DNA of 64,000 bases, from positions 6,287 to 70,286 of the forward strand of contig JAYQTM010000001.1 in the NCBI GenBank assembly GCA_038147395.1, read 5' to 3'. The DNA comes from Candidatus Eutrophovita brisbanensis. Lineage in GTDB: Bacteria > Pseudomonadota > Gammaproteobacteria > Burkholderiales > Eutrophovitaceae. The notes under the pieces are model-generated. The model saw only the letters and a list, made by a program, of their open reading frames with translations. It had not been told where the DNA came from and searched no databases. Position 1 is the stretch's first letter. Each line of letters opens with the position of its first letter. Made by a program: the position numbers and the translations under genes. Of this stretch, positions 13,900 to 25,298 are shown one piece after another.

Positions 13900-14850
13900 A
13901 TTTATTTACATCGGATTCACGCTTAAATGCTGTGATCCAAGATCTTTTGTTTGAGGGCAAGGCGCCGATAAAATCGAACAAAAGAACATATAAACGAATG
14001 CCGTCATCTTAAGATTAAAGACCTGGATAAAAGCAGCGGAAGAGATAATCGGGGTAATCGCACCGATCGCCCCCACTTAAGAGTGAGCGAAACTCATCGT
14101 TAGAGGACCTCACGAGCTTAATGGCCACATACAATGGATAGACAAAAATCTCCATATCGACAAGGCCCCAAAAAACAAACCACGCCTTACAAGCAATGCA
14201 GAAAACTCCGAATGAGATCCAGATAGATTTTTGATTTCGTATATTGCCACCAAGGACTAAGAAAGTCTATCTTTTTTAAGTATTTCTCAAGGTCGTAAAG
14301 TACCATCTTCGAAACCAAAAAATAGAGATTGTTTTATCAATTCATAAAATCGATTATGAAGATAAGAACCGATGCCGTTTTATCTCTTTGAGGTAATATT
14401 CTCTCGAGATCGGCGTAATCACTAAATCCCGGCAGTTAGTAAACTTAGGCAGATAAAAAGAACTCAAACAGTCACCGATCGCTCCTGCGTAATCGTCAAA
14501 TAAAAAAGATTATACGCCAACAAATACAAGAACAACAGATATTAGCCCTACCACGAGATCATTAAGGATCTTTTAGAAATATAAAACACTAAAGTTACTG
14601 CCAGCACCATCAACGCCAACGCACTTCTGGAGCCTGAAATAATAATAAAGTGGCTAGATGTCGCGATCGACGAAGCGCAAGGTCCCTCCACGACACGCTC
14701 AAACGATTGAATAGCACCAGACCAAGCATCATCGCGGCAAACACGGTAAGCGTGACGGGTCCACAAAATATGTAAGCAAAATTCCAAAAAGCTACGACTT
14801 TCCCCAATAATGCTCGGGGAATATCAAAAATGGAACGATACTATCAACAA
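13900..14850 (-). pseudogene. O-antigen ligase/polymerase (Wzy_C)-like membrane protein remnant, heavily disrupted; ends approximate
   Basis: Hydrophobic fragments containing IIISGSRSALAL (SR motif) and NLSGSHSEFSALLVRRGL (resembles H-N-x-F...GL-x-G); no continuous ORF. Confidence 0.45.
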
Positions 14851-16507
14851 AAATGCTCCAACAGCTCCAAACGCCTCAGGTTGAATCCCCATAAACCAGT
14901 TATCTGGCGTGTTAGGCAGATTGTTTGTGCCCGGAATAAAGAACCAGCCTTTGAAAACAAAGATATACACAATCGTAGACGTTAATCCAACGACCATGCC
15001 AACAATTGCACCTTGGCTATTCATTCGCTTGTTAAAAATCCCCATCATTAACGCTGGGAAAATAGAGGACGCGGCAAGGCCGAACGCCAGGGCGACTACC
15101 TGAGCCGCAAACCCCGGCGGATTCATGCCCAAATAACCCGCTACGCCAATAGCGACTGCCATGGAAACACGCGCCGCCAACAACTCTTTTTTCTCAGATA
15201 TGTTTGGCGTAAAAACACCCTTCATCAGATCATGAGATACCGCTGATGATATTGCCATCAACAAACCCGCCGCAGTTGAAAGCGCCGCGGCCAAGCCACC
15301 GGCCACTACCAACGCTACGACCCAGTTCGGCAGTTGAGCTATTTCAGGATTGGCTAACACCATAATGTCACGGTCAATTTTCGTCATCTCGTTACCCTTC
15401 CAGCCATACTCCTCGGCCTTGGTCAGCGAATGACTCATTCTTATCGTTGTAATACTGAATCCGACCATCACCATTCTTATCTTCAAACTGCAGGAGTCCA
15501 GTCGTTTCCCACTTTTTAAACCACTCCGGCCGCTCCTCGTAAACCAGGTTCGTATCAGGCTTTCCGATCTCGCCAGGCTGAATGGTGTTAATCAAATTGA
15601 AGAATGACATTGCTCCGACCGCAGGTGCAGTCGTATAAAGAATTGCGATGAAGACCAATGCCCAGCCAGCAGAAGAACGCGCATCTTTGACTTTAGGCAC
15701 CGTAAAAAAGCGAACGATCACGTGTGGAAGACCCGCAGTACCGATCATGAGGGATAACGTGAGCGCCACCATGTTTAAAGACGTTCCCTTTTGAACGGTG
15801 TACTCAGCAAATCCCAAGTCCACCAATACACTGTCAAGTTTTCCTAAGAGGGAAGTACCGTCCGCCACTGATCCGCCGAGTCCTAATTGAGGTAGCGGAT
15901 TACCCGTAATCTGCAATGAAATAAATACAGCCGGTACAGTGTAGGCAAAAATGAGCACACAATACTGCGCGATTTGGGTGTAGGTAATCCCTTTCATACC
16001 GCCCAAAACGGCGTAAAAGAAAACAATCAGCATGCCAACGACTAGACCCGTATCGTAGCTAACGTCTAAGAATCTCGAGAACGCGACGCCAACACCCTTC
16101 ATCTGGCCAATCACGTACGTGATCGACGCAACGATCAAACAAATGACGGCAATAATCCTCGCAGTCTTTGAATAGAAACGATCACCAATAAACTCGGGAA
16201 CCGTGAATTTTCCGAATTTTCTGAGGTAAGGGGCTAGGAGTAACGCAAGTAGCACGTATCCGCCAGTCCACCCCATTAAGTAGACCGATGCATCATAGCC
16301 CTTGAAGGCAATTAACCCCGCCATCGAGATAAATGACGCAGCGGACATCCAATCCGCCGCGGTTGCCATCCCGTTTAATACCGGGTTAACACCTTTTCCT
16401 GCAACGTAAAATTCACTCGTGCTTCCGGCTCGAGCAGCAATGGCAATACCGATATACAACGCGAAGGTAATGCCAACAATGATATAGGTGATTGTTGTCA
16501 GATCCAT
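14824..16507 (-). CDS. Sodium:solute symporter, ActP-related (VC_2705-type); frameshift ~15425, C-terminus apparently truncated
   Basis: NGMATAADWMSAASFISMAG, LLAPYLRKFGKFTVPEFIGDRF, GTAGLPHVIVRFFTVP, LAAALSTAAGLL; paired with DUF4212. Confidence 0.88.
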
Positions 16508-16519
16508 TTTGGCTCTCCT

Positions 16520-16771
16520 TTATTGTTCGTCGACGTCAAATTCGCGATCGAGGCGATTCATCCGCTTGACGTAATAAAAGATCAGCGCCAAAAAGACATA
16601 AATTGAACCTTGTTGTGCAAACCAAAAGCCCAGTTTATATCCACCAATCGTTACCTGATTCAACTGGTCGACGAGAATAATGCCGAATAAGTAAGAGCAA
16701 ACAAACCAAACAATGAGACATTTGATCAGAATGCTGACATTTGCTTTCCAGTAATTTTGAGAGCTGCTCAT
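16520..16771 (-). CDS. DUF4212 small membrane protein (partner of the SSS transporter)
   Basis: YWKAN...GGYKLGFWFAQQGSIYVF...RMNRLDREFDV, directly upstream of the symporter. Confidence 0.85.
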   Translation of the reverse strand: MSSSQNYWKANVSILIKCLIVWFVCSYLFGIILVDQLNQVTIGGYKLGFWFAQQGSIYVFLALIFYYVKRMNRLDREFDVDEQ

Positions 16772-16857
16772 ACCCCCCCCGTATTCGTTGTTGTTTTATA
16801 TTTTTGCAAGCTAATGATAACACTCGACGTGCGTCACACATAGTGCGATTCGCGAGC

Positions 16858-16889
16858 AAAAAAAAACCCGACATCTGCCGGGTTTTTTT
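16858..16889 (-). terminator. Rho-independent terminator of groESL
   Basis: Minus strand CCCGGC-AGAT-GTCGGG stem-loop followed by a T9 tract, about 20 nt after the groEL stop; a T-tract on the other strand suggests it is bidirectional. Confidence 0.8.
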
Positions 16890-16906
16890 CGAGTACGAGG
16901 TGGAAT

Positions 16907-18562
16907 TTACATCATTCCGCCCATACCACCCATACCGCCCATGCCGCCCATGTCTGGCATACCACCACCAGCAGCACCTTCCTCTTTCGGAGCCTCAGCA
17001 ACCATCGCGTCAGTCGTGAGAATTAAGGCAGCGACCGATGCAGCATTTTGAAGCGCAGATCGCGTAACCTTAGTGGGATCAAGAACACCCATCTCGACTA
17101 AGTCCGCATACTCGCCTGTCGCCGCGTTGTAACCAATGTTGCCCTTAGACTCAGCGACCTTGTTCAGCACGACAGACGCCTCATCACCAGCATTCTTGGC
17201 GATTGTGCGAAGTGGCTCTTCAAGTGCACGAGCAATGATCCGAATACCTGCATCTTGATCTGCATTCGCACCCTTGACCTTGTCGATTGCGCTTCTCGCT
17301 CTAACAAGAGCGGTTCCACCACCAGCGACAATGCCCTCTTCAACTGCAGCGCGTGTCGCGTGTAATGCGTCTTCAACACGAGCCTTTTTCTCTTTCATTT
17401 CAACTTCAGTCGCTGCGCCAACCTTGACAAGCGCAACCCCACCAGCAAGCTTTGCGACTCGCTCTTGGAGCTTTTCACGATCATAATCACTGGTAGATTC
17501 TTCAATCTGCTGGCGAATCGCCTTGACTCGACCCTCGATGCCTGACTGCTCACCAGCACCATCGATAATTGTTGTTTCTTCCTTACCAATTTCTACCTTT
17601 TTGGCTTGTCCTAGATCATCAAGAGTCGCCTTCTCAAGGTTCAAACCCACTTCCTCAGCGATCACCGTTCCACCCGTCAAGATGGCGATGTCTTCGAGCA
17701 TAGCTTTTCTACGATCACCAAAACCAGGGGCTTTAACAGCCGCAACCTTTAAGATTCCGCGAATATTGTTCACTACCAGCGTAGCGAGCGCCTCGCCCTC
17801 GATGTCTTCAGCAATGATCAAAAGAGGTTTGCCCGCTTTTGATACCTGCTCGAGCACCGGCAACAAGTCTCGGATATTCGAGATTTTTTTGTCGTGCAAC
17901 AAGATATAAGGATTCTCAAGATTTGCCATTTGCTTGTCGGCATTGTTGATGAAGTAAGGAGATAAGTAGCCTCGGTCGAATTGCATCCCCTCAACGACCT
18001 CGAGCTCACTTTGAAGTCCTGAGCCATCCTCAACAGTGATCACACCCTCTTTTCCAACTTTGTCCATCGCGTCTGCGATGATTTTTCCGATTTCCTCATC
18101 AGAGTTGGCAGAGATCGAACCCACCTGAGCGATCTCTTTACTCGTCGTACAAGGCTTGGAATTTTTCTTGAGCTCTTCGACGACTGCCGCTACTGCTTTG
18201 TCGATACCACGCTTTAAATCCATTGGATTCATGCCAGCGGCAACGTACTTCATGCCTTCTTGTACGATGGCTTGCGCGAGAACGGTCGCTGTGGTTGTTC
18301 CGTCACCTGCAACATCAGATGTCTTAGAAGCAACCTCTTTGACCATCTGAGCGCCCATATTTTCAAACTTATCTTTGAGCTCGACCTCTTTTGCAACTGA
18401 CACGCCGTCTTTGGTGATTGTCGGTGCGCCGAACGAACGCTCTAAGAAAACGTTTCTCACCTTATGGCCCAGGGTCACCTTAACTGCGTCCGCCAAAACG
18501 TTGACACCTGCGACGATCTTCGCTCTTGCTGAGTCGCGGAATTTAACTTCTTTTGCTGCCAT
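16907..18562 (-). CDS. groL: Chaperonin GroEL
   Basis: [46 protein letters not shown]-repeat tail. Confidence 0.99.
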   Translation of the reverse strand: MAAKEVKFRDSARAKIVAGVNVLADAVKVTLGHKVRNVFLERSFGAPTITKDGVSVAKEVELKDKFENMGAQMVKEVASKTSDVAGDGTTTATVLAQAIVQEGMKYVAAGMNPMDLKRGIDKAVAAVVEELKKNSKPCTTSKEIAQVGSISANSDEEIGKIIADAMDKVGKEGVITVEDGSGLQSELEVVEGMQFDRGYLSPYFINNADKQMANLENPYILLHDKKISNIRDLLPVLEQVSKAGKPLLIIAEDIEGEALATLVVNNIRGILKVAAVKAPGFGDRRKAMLEDIAILTGGTVIAEEVGLNLEKATLDDLGQAKKVEIGKEETTIIDGAGEQSGIEGRVKAIRQQIEESTSDYDREKLQERVAKLAGGVALVKVGAATEVEMKEKKARVEDALHATRAAVEEGIVAGGGTALVRARSAIDKVKGANADQDAGIRIIARALEEPLRTIAKNAGDEASVVLNKVAESKGNIGYNAATGEYADLVEMGVLDPTKVTRSALQNAASVAALILTTDAMVAEAPKEEGAAGGGMPDMGGMGGMGGMGGMM

Positions 18563-18615
18563 GTTTTTACTCCTAAAAAAGTCTGTCTAGATTCGTAAAT
18601 GTTGACCCAAAGGGG

Positions 18616-18903
18616 TTACTCCAACACGCCCATGATGTCTTCTTCTCGCATGACGAGCATTTCCTCGCCCTCGATTTTCACTGTCTGGCCTGAGTACTTA
18701 CCAAACAGGACTTTATCGCCGACTTTGACATCAACGGCTCTGACCTTACCGTCCTCGAGTAACTTTCCTGTACCTACGGCAAGGACCTCACCTGTATCAG
18801 GCTTTTCAGTCGCTGAATCAGGGATAACGATTCCCGAGGCCGTGGTGCGCTCTTCTTCTAATCTCTTTACGATGACTCGATCGTGAAGGGGACGAATTTT
18901 CAT
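18616..18903 (-). CDS. groS: Co-chaperonin GroES
   Basis: [14 protein letters not shown]...TASGIVIPD...[11 protein letters not shown]. Confidence 0.99.
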   Translation of the reverse strand: MKIRPLHDRVIVKRLEEERTTASGIVIPDSATEKPDTGEVLAVGTGKLLEDGKVRAVDVKVGDKVLFGKYSGQTVKIEGEEMLVMREEDIMGVLE

Positions 18904-18993
18904 CTTGAAAGTCTCCTAAAATACTAAAGTGTTGAAATTACTGGTCGAAATGGTTATCGCCCGTTACTTACAGTTTGTTTGTCGAAAGCTTTG

Positions 18994-19020
18994 CTAGCAC
19001 TCAACATTCATGAGTGCTAA
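18994..19020 (-). promoter_or_regulatory. CIRCE element (HrcA operator)
   Basis: Minus strand TTAGCACTC-ATGAATGTT-GAGTGCTAG, one mismatch from TTAGCACTC-N9-GAGTGCTAA, upstream of groES. Confidence 0.92.
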
Positions 19021-19022
19021 TA

Positions 19023-19049
19023 ATAGTGGCGAGTACAAGGTTTTTCAAG
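19023..19049 (-). promoter_or_regulatory. Sigma32 (RpoH)-like heat-shock promoter for groESL
   Basis: Minus strand CTTGAAA-13 nt-CCACTAT (consensus CTTGAAA-N13-15-CCCCAT), immediately upstream of CIRCE. Confidence 0.65.
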
Positions 19050-19133
19050 GTATATGACGGTATTTTTCTGCCTGAGATGAACACTAAAAGTATAATAGTG
19101 AGTACATACTTATAATATAATTAAGATTTTTAA

Positions 19134-20566
19134 ATGACTAATCGAAAAAACACTCAAATTTTAAAAATATGTCTCCTTGCGAGTCTTCTCGGCTATTTGT
19201 CACATAATGTTGGTACGGCTCGATCAGAGTTAACGCCAGAAAAACTTCGAAACAAAATTTCAACATTGATTGCGGCTGACAAGGATAACGTCTCCGTAAG
19301 GGTGGAACGGCTTAGCTCCAACGGTCCCATCGTATCCATAAATGAAACAAGGCCGCTTAATCCCGCGTCCGTAATGAAGTTAGTCACCACCAAGGTTGCG
19401 ATCGATGTCTTGGGGCTCGATTTTCGTTGGTCAACCCAAGTTCAGAGAACGGGAGAAATTATTAATCAAAGTCTCATCGGCGATCTTTATTTTGTGGGCG
19501 GCGGGGATCCCACCTTAGATATCGAACGCTTCAGACGAATATTGGAGGACGTTAGGGCGCATGGCATCACACACATAAAGGGCAACATCTATGTTGACCG
19601 CTCGCGCTTCAGCGTGCCCTATCACAACCCAAAAATATTCGATGAAGCACCGACGCGACCGTATAACGCAGGACCTGACGCGCTTCTCATCAACGAAAAT
19701 AAATTCACGTTAACATTCACCCCCCGCCCATCGGACCAATCAGTATCAATCACATCGACCCCACCCTTGAAAAGCTTGTCAACGAACTCAATTTGGGTTC
19801 AGGAACTTGTATTGACTGGCCAAAACATCCTGTAACGACCGAAAGACAAGTTATTTTCTCGGGTGACTTCAATGAATCTTGCGGACAAAAAAAATGGGAG
19901 TATCGCTTCTTAAACCACCAAGAATATTTCGCAAACGCGTTCTCTTCGATTTGGAGCGAGCTTGACGGCAAACACGAAGGGCATATTTTAGAAAGCGAGA
20001 CGCCCCGTGAGGCTGTCTTGCTGGGCACCTATATCTCAGAGCCAATATCTGCAGCTATAAGAAAAATCAACAAAGAAAGCAGTAACGTGATGGCGAGACA
20101 CCTATTTCTGGAACTTGGCCAGCAACCCAGCCAAGGAAATCGTCTTCACCATGCACGGGACACAATCAATAAATGGGCAGCAGAAAATGGCCTTGATACG
20201 TCAAGTTTATTTGTTGATAACGGATCCGGGCTGTCCCGGTATGGCCGGGTCACCACCAAATTCATAGCGGCTGTATTAAGGAAGGCCTGGATGGATCCAT
20301 CAATGCCAGAATTCCTATCATCGCTTTCTATCCCTGGCGTGGATGGCACTTTGGAAAATAAATTCGGATTAACTCCTCTTGCTAGCCGGTCGCACTTAAA
20401 AACAGGGTTTCTAAAAAATGTGCGGGCAGTTGCGGGTTACGTATACCACGATAGCGGCGAGGTTCTATCAGTTGTCATCATCGTGAACGGCGAGACACTG
20501 ACAAAGGACCGTAATCTTGCGGATAAGATACTGCAGCTAATCGCAAACACAGATTGGTCGCACTAG
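19134..20566 (+). CDS. dacB: D-alanyl-D-alanine carboxypeptidase/endopeptidase PBP4 (peptidase S13), single frameshift ~19795
   Basis: PASVMKLVTT (SxxK), GGGDPTL, NKESSNVMA (SxN), DNGSGLSR, HLKTGFL (KTG) across ORFs 19134-19835 and 19793-20566. Confidence 0.9.
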
Positions 20567-20633
20567 ACAAACCGATACATGTCTCACAAAGCATCGCTGT
20601 GCGATAATTCACCAAAACTAAAACTCGTAATTG

Positions 20634-22001
20634 ATGAAAAACTTAGACGTCGTCATACTCGCTGCCGGAAAAGGGCAACGAATGAAATCAAACTTGCCAA
20701 AAGTGCTACACAGGTTGGCGGGAGCAACACTACTCGACCACGTTATTAAAGCTGCAAAATCCGTTAACCCCGCGACCTTGATCATCGTGACGGGTTACGC
20801 GGAGGAAAAAGTGAGGGCAACCGTTCAAACAGACGGACTGACCTTCGTACATCAGTCGCAACAGCTCGGAACGGGGCACGCTGTGCAACAAGCGCTTGAT
20901 CAACTCAAATCGTCCAAAACACTCATACTCCTCGGAGATGTGCCGTTGATTTCTGAGGTCACTTTAGAACGGATAGCTACCCAGTCGGCAGCGATTACAC
21001 TATTGACCCAAACCGTGAGTGCTCCAACAGGGTACGGCCGTATTGTTCGCGACGAACAGGAACACATCACAAAAATTGTCGAAGAAAAAGATGCCTCAAT
21101 TGAGGAAAAAAAGATCAATGAAATTAACACGGGCATCATGTGTATCGATAACAACGTATTGAAAAATTTTCTGTCTCAGATGGAAAACAAAAATGCGAGC
21201 GCCGAATTCTATTTAACTGACATTGTTGAATTCGCCAACAAAAATAACTTGTCAGTAGATGCGGTTAATAGCAAGGATGACGTGGAATGTTCGGGCATAA
21301 ACAGTAAGAGCCAACTCGCCGACTTGGAGCGTCATTTGCAACGCCAAAAAGCTCAAGAACTGATGGCCAATGGCACCTCCGTTTTAGATCCGAATCGTCT
21401 TGATATCAGAGGTAACCTAACGTGTGGGTTCGATGTCGTGATCGACGTCGGTTGTATTTTTGAGGGAGATGTCCAGCTCGAGGATAATGTGACCATAGAA
21501 GCATATTCGGTGATAAAAGATTCGTATGTCGGTGAGGGCACAACGATTAAAACGCACTCATGTATTGAGGGCGCGAATATCGGAAAGCGCAATCAGATTG
21601 GCCCTTACGCTCGGTTAAGGCCGGGTGCCAAGTCGAGCGATAATGTACGGTTAGGTAACTTCGTTGAAGTGAAAGCTTCCGAAATTGGTCAGGGCTCGAA
21701 AGTCAATCACTTGTCGTACATTGGCGACGCCAAAATTGGTACTGGCGTGAACGTGGGCGCGGGAACGATTACGTGTAACTATGACGGTGCCAACAAACAC
21801 CAAACCGTTTTAGAGGATGATGTGTTTATCGGCTCAAATACAGAGCTTGTGGCCCCCGTGACCATTGGCGAGGGCAGCACGATCGCGGCCGGGAGCACAG
21901 TCACTAAAAATGTTCCGCCTAATAATCTCGCGCTTTCGAGAACAAAACAAACATGCATTAGCGACTGGAAACGTCCAGAGAAAATCAAATCTGACGAATA
22001 G
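20634..22001 (+). CDS. glmU: Bifunctional UDP-GlcNAc pyrophosphorylase/glucosamine-1-phosphate acetyltransferase
   Basis: VILAAGKGQRMKSNLPKVLH, QLGTGHAV, hexapeptide repeats, GAGTITCNYDG. Confidence 0.97.
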   Translation: MKNLDVVILAAGKGQRMKSNLPKVLHRLAGATLLDHVIKAAKSVNPATLIIVTGYAEEKVRATVQTDGLTFVHQSQQLGTGHAVQQALDQLKSSKTLILLGDVPLISEVTLERIATQSAAITLLTQTVSAPTGYGRIVRDEQEHITKIVEEKDASIEEKKINEINTGIMCIDNNVLKNFLSQMENKNASAEFYLTDIVEFANKNNLSVDAVNSKDDVECSGINSKSQLADLERHLQRQKAQELMANGTSVLDPNRLDIRGNLTCGFDVVIDVGCIFEGDVQLEDNVTIEAYSVIKDSYVGEGTTIKTHSCIEGANIGKRNQIGPYARLRPGAKSSDNVRLGNFVEVKASEIGQGSKVNHLSYIGDAKIGTGVNVGAGTITCNYDGANKHQTVLEDDVFIGSNTELVAPVTIGEGSTIAAGSTVTKNVPPNNLALSRTKQTCISDWKRPEKIKSDE

Positions 22002-22024
22002 AGAATATGGAGTAATAGCAGAGC

Positions 22025-23851
22025 ATGTGTGGCATCGTTGGTGCATTATCCAAGCACGATATAACCTCTTTCCTCATCAACGGATTATCGAAGCTTGAGT
22101 ACCGAGGTTACGACTCCGCAGGACTGGCGGTTATCGATAATGGGTTAAAAAGATACCGCAGTGACGGACGCGTAGTCGAGCTAAAAGAGAAAGTCGCAAA
22201 AGCAAATTTAGTCTCAACGATCGGAATCGCTCACACCCGATGGGCAACTCACGGAGAGCCCAGTGAGAGAAATGCGCACCCCCACATCAGCGAAGATGGT
22301 ATAGCCATTGTTCACAACGGAATTATCGAAAACCATCAAGCGCTAAGAGAGTTGCTCATTGCTGAGGGTTATACATTCCAATCGGATACAGACACAGAAG
22401 TCATCGCTCATTTGATTCACAAATACTCTGACACAGAAAGTCTCATCGATGCTGTCAAGCTCAGTGTCAAACAACTTAGCGGCGCTTTCGCACTCGCTGT
22501 GATTCGAGAACAAAACGAAGACCAAATCATTCTGGCAAGACAAGGTGCCCCACTTTTGATTGGATTGGGAGACGAGGGCGTTTACTGTGCGAGCGACTCG
22601 TCTGCACTTCTAGAGATCACCAAACGGATGATCTACATGGAGGATGGTGATATCGCCGAGCTCAAACTTGATGGGGCCACCATTTACGACGCTAGCGGAG
22701 CTGTTGTCGAGCGTCCCATCCATGTCAGTGAGCTGTCCTCGGATCAAGTTGAACTGGGGCGCTTCCAGCACTACATGCAAAAAGAAATCTTTGAGCAACC
22801 GGGTGCGCTCGCAGCAACACTTGAGATGGTCACGGGCTCAAGTGCCATTGCTCCAGAGCTTTTTGGAACTGATGCCAAACAGATTCTCCAACACATCGAC
22901 TCAGTCAGCATTATCGCCTGCGGCACAAGTTATCACGCGGGGCTCACAGCAAAATATTGGTTAGAAGAAATAGCGGGAATACGAACTTCCGTTGAAATCG
23001 CATCTGAATTTCGGTATCGAAAATCGGTCGTTGACGCGAAAAGTCTTGTGGTGGTCATATCTCAGTCCGGAGAAACAGCGGACACGATCGCCGCACTCGA
23101 ACATGCAAAACGGCTCGGACAAAACGATACCTTGGGAATCTGTAACGTCCCCGAATCAACCATCATTCGATCGACAAAATTAAAATTTCTCACACGTGCT
23201 GGCCCCGAGATTGGAGTAGCGTCAACCAAAGCATTTACGACTCAGCTCGCGGCCCTCTACTTATTGACCATTGTCATAGCAAATACTCGAGGTGGGCTTT
23301 CTGAGGAAGAGCAAATACAACACATAGAACGTTTACGGCATCTACCGAAAGCAATAAATGAAATCTTAGAATTGGAAGCAAAAGTAGAATCGTGGGCCAA
23401 ACGCATTTGTCTCAGTCACAATGCCTTATTTTTAGGAAGAGGCATCCACTACCCAATTGCTCTAGAAGGTGCGCTCAAACTCAAAGAAATATCCTACATA
23501 CATGCTGAGGGATATCCAGCAGGTGAACTCAAGCACGGACCTTTAGCCTTAGTCGATAAAGACACCCCAGTGGTTGCAGTCGCGCCTAACGACACGCTGC
23601 TTGAGAAGCTCAAGTCGAATCTCTCGGAAGTCCGTGCGCGCGGAGGAGAACTGTACGTGTTTGCGGATACAGACTCGCATATTGAGGAATCAGAAGGCAC
23701 CCACATCATCAAGATGACTGAACACCTTGGCTATCTGAGTCCAATACTTCACACGATCCCATTACAGCTACTTGCCTACCATGTCGCGCTTGCAAAGGGT
23801 ACTGATGTAGACAAGCCCAGAAATTTAGCAAAATCGGTTACCGTTGAATAA
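22025..23851 (+). CDS. glmS: Glutamine--fructose-6-phosphate aminotransferase
   Basis: [55 protein letters not shown]. Confidence 0.99.
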   Translation: MCGIVGALSKHDITSFLINGLSKLEYRGYDSAGLAVIDNGLKRYRSDGRVVELKEKVAKANLVSTIGIAHTRWATHGEPSERNAHPHISEDGIAIVHNGIIENHQALRELLIAEGYTFQSDTDTEVIAHLIHKYSDTESLIDAVKLSVKQLSGAFALAVIREQNEDQIILARQGAPLLIGLGDEGVYCASDSSALLEITKRMIYMEDGDIAELKLDGATIYDASGAVVERPIHVSELSSDQVELGRFQHYMQKEIFEQPGALAATLEMVTGSSAIAPELFGTDAKQILQHIDSVSIIACGTSYHAGLTAKYWLEEIAGIRTSVEIASEFRYRKSVVDAKSLVVVISQSGETADTIAALEHAKRLGQNDTLGICNVPESTIIRSTKLKFLTRAGPEIGVASTKAFTTQLAALYLLTIVIANTRGGLSEEEQIQHIERLRHLPKAINEILELEAKVESWAKRICLSHNALFLGRGIHYPIALEGALKLKEISYIHAEGYPAGELKHGPLALVDKDTPVVAVAPNDTLLEKLKSNLSEVRARGGELYVFADTDSHIEESEGTHIIKMTEHLGYLSPILHTIPLQLLAYHVALAKGTDVDKPRNLAKSVTVE

Positions 23852-23856
23852 CTTTT

Positions 23857-24261
23857 ATGCAAAGACACAGCGCAAAATTGAGAAATGTAATCACAGGACT
23901 CGTACTTTCGGTCCTCCTAATATCGCAGGCACAGGCCGAGTGGTCTTTAATCGATGAGAACAACATCTTCAAGATTTTTGTCGAAAAAGACTCTCTCAAT
24001 AAACAAAACGAGTATTTCTATATCTGGGCGCTGTATGACTTCAACCAACGACAAACTGAGGGTTATCACTCCGCTAAAGTGTTGTACCAAATTGACTGTA
24101 CCGCACTTAAATACAAACTGTTATCAGCTAACACGTTCGGGGATCCCATGGGACAGGGCGTATCTGGCTCACCAAAAGCATCTGATCGCTGGGAACAATC
24201 AACTCGAGGATCAATCGGTTACGAGGTCACGCGATATGCCTGTGATTCAGTGTCTCAATAA
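23857..24261 (+). CDS. Secreted protein, surface-adhesin E-like family
   Basis: Signal peptide ending AQA-EW; W.L.DF...S......IDC...PMGQG...W...C pattern. Confidence 0.5.
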   Translation: MQRHSAKLRNVITGLVLSVLLISQAQAEWSLIDENNIFKIFVEKDSLNKQNEYFYIWALYDFNQRQTEGYHSAKVLYQIDCTALKYKLLSANTFGDPMGQGVSGSPKASDRWEQSTRGSIGYEVTRYACDSVSQ

Positions 24262-24444
24262 CTCCTGTACAGCAAGCGTAGAAATAAACACGACAGCTGA
24301 CCCGATCAAAGCGTAACTCACTAGGCGAATAACTGACGCCCCAATTGATGCTGACCGGGTCATCGGTTCTTTCTTTCCTCTCAGCACCTGGATGACTAAC
24401 CAGCCAATTAAAACACCCGCCGTCGTTAATAGTAGAATTCTCAC
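24247..24444 (-). CDS. Small two-TM membrane protein, hypothetical
   Basis: 65 aa with two hydrophobic helices flanking a basic loop; GGGA upstream of the GTG start. Confidence 0.5.
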   Translation of the reverse strand: MRILLLTTAGVLIGWLVIQVLRGKKEPMTRSASIGASVIRLVSYALIGSAVVFISTLAVQELLRH

Positions 24445-24577
24445 GGGATGTCCCTATTGATCACTATTTTCCCCAAACTGACGTCCGCTCAACAATCATC
24501 GGCGTTAACAAAAAATGCTCCAAAATTAACGCTACCACACTTTACATCACTCACGAGATAAGCCCAATAAAAATATT

Positions 24578-25273
24578 ATGCACCCGACAGCTCTGTATAA
24601 CTGCCAAAATTTTTTTGAGACCTATTTCCCCTCTACTGATGAGATAGGCCCAAAGACCGTGGTCGAAATTGGCGCTCAAAATGTCAATGGTGGACTGCGT
24701 GAAAAAATTCCTAATACATTCGAATATTTAGGGGTCGATTTTGTCAAAGCGCCTGGTGTTGATGTAGTGCTCGAAGATCCGTACAAGCTTCCGTTTGATG
24801 ACGAGAGCCACGATGTGGTGATATCAAGCTCATGTTTTGAGCATTCAGAGTTTTTTTGGATGACGTTTATGGAATGCATCAGAATACTCAAACCAGATGG
24901 ACTATTCTATTTAAACGTACCGTCTAATGGCGAATTCCATCGTTACCCTGTCGACTGCTGGAGATTTTATCCAGACAGTGGAAGAGCGCTCTGTAAATGG
25001 GCCAATAACAATGGCATCAATGCAACGCTTTTGGAATCATTTACGACGCGACAAGTAAAAGATATTTGGAATGATTATGTGTGTGTCTTCCTCAAGGACG
25101 AGGCATTTGTTAGCAACCACCCTAACCGCATGATCCACAACCGAAATGACTTCAAGAATGGGCTACTTTGGGGAAGCGATGACGTCATTAACAAACGGGC
25201 TCGAACAGAAGATCAAAAACACACATCTTTCCTATTCAGCCTGATTAGGAAATTTAGAAAACTCCCATATTGA
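24578..25273 (+). CDS. Class I SAM-dependent methyltransferase (Methyltransf_11-like)
   Basis: VVEIGAQNVNG, YLGVDF, LPFDDESHDVVISSSCFEH, RILKPDGLFYL, HRYPVDCWRF. Confidence 0.8.
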   Translation: MHPTALYNCQNFFETYFPSTDEIGPKTVVEIGAQNVNGGLREKIPNTFEYLGVDFVKAPGVDVVLEDPYKLPFDDESHDVVISSSCFEHSEFFWMTFMECIRILKPDGLFYLNVPSNGEFHRYPVDCWRFYPDSGRALCKWANNNGINATLLESFTTRQVKDIWNDYVCVFLKDEAFVSNHPNRMIHNRNDFKNGLLWGSDDVINKRARTEDQKHTSFLFSLIRKFRKLPY

Positions 25274-25298
25274 TAATTCAATAGCTACCTAAACATCC

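Noticed and set aside
16910-16985. Short tandem repeat (CCGCCCAT/CCACCCAT units)
   Set aside because: It encodes the normal GGM tail of GroEL.
17274-18886. Several antisense ORFs over groEL/groES (e.g. 17523-17909, 18599-18886)
   Set aside because: Typical shadow ORFs of highly expressed genes with biased codon use; no recognisable motifs.
23816-23900. Tn7 insertion at attTn7 after glmS
   Set aside because: The next ORF starts 5 bp after the glmS stop; no Tn7-like end, TnsB-site repeats or tns genes were seen.
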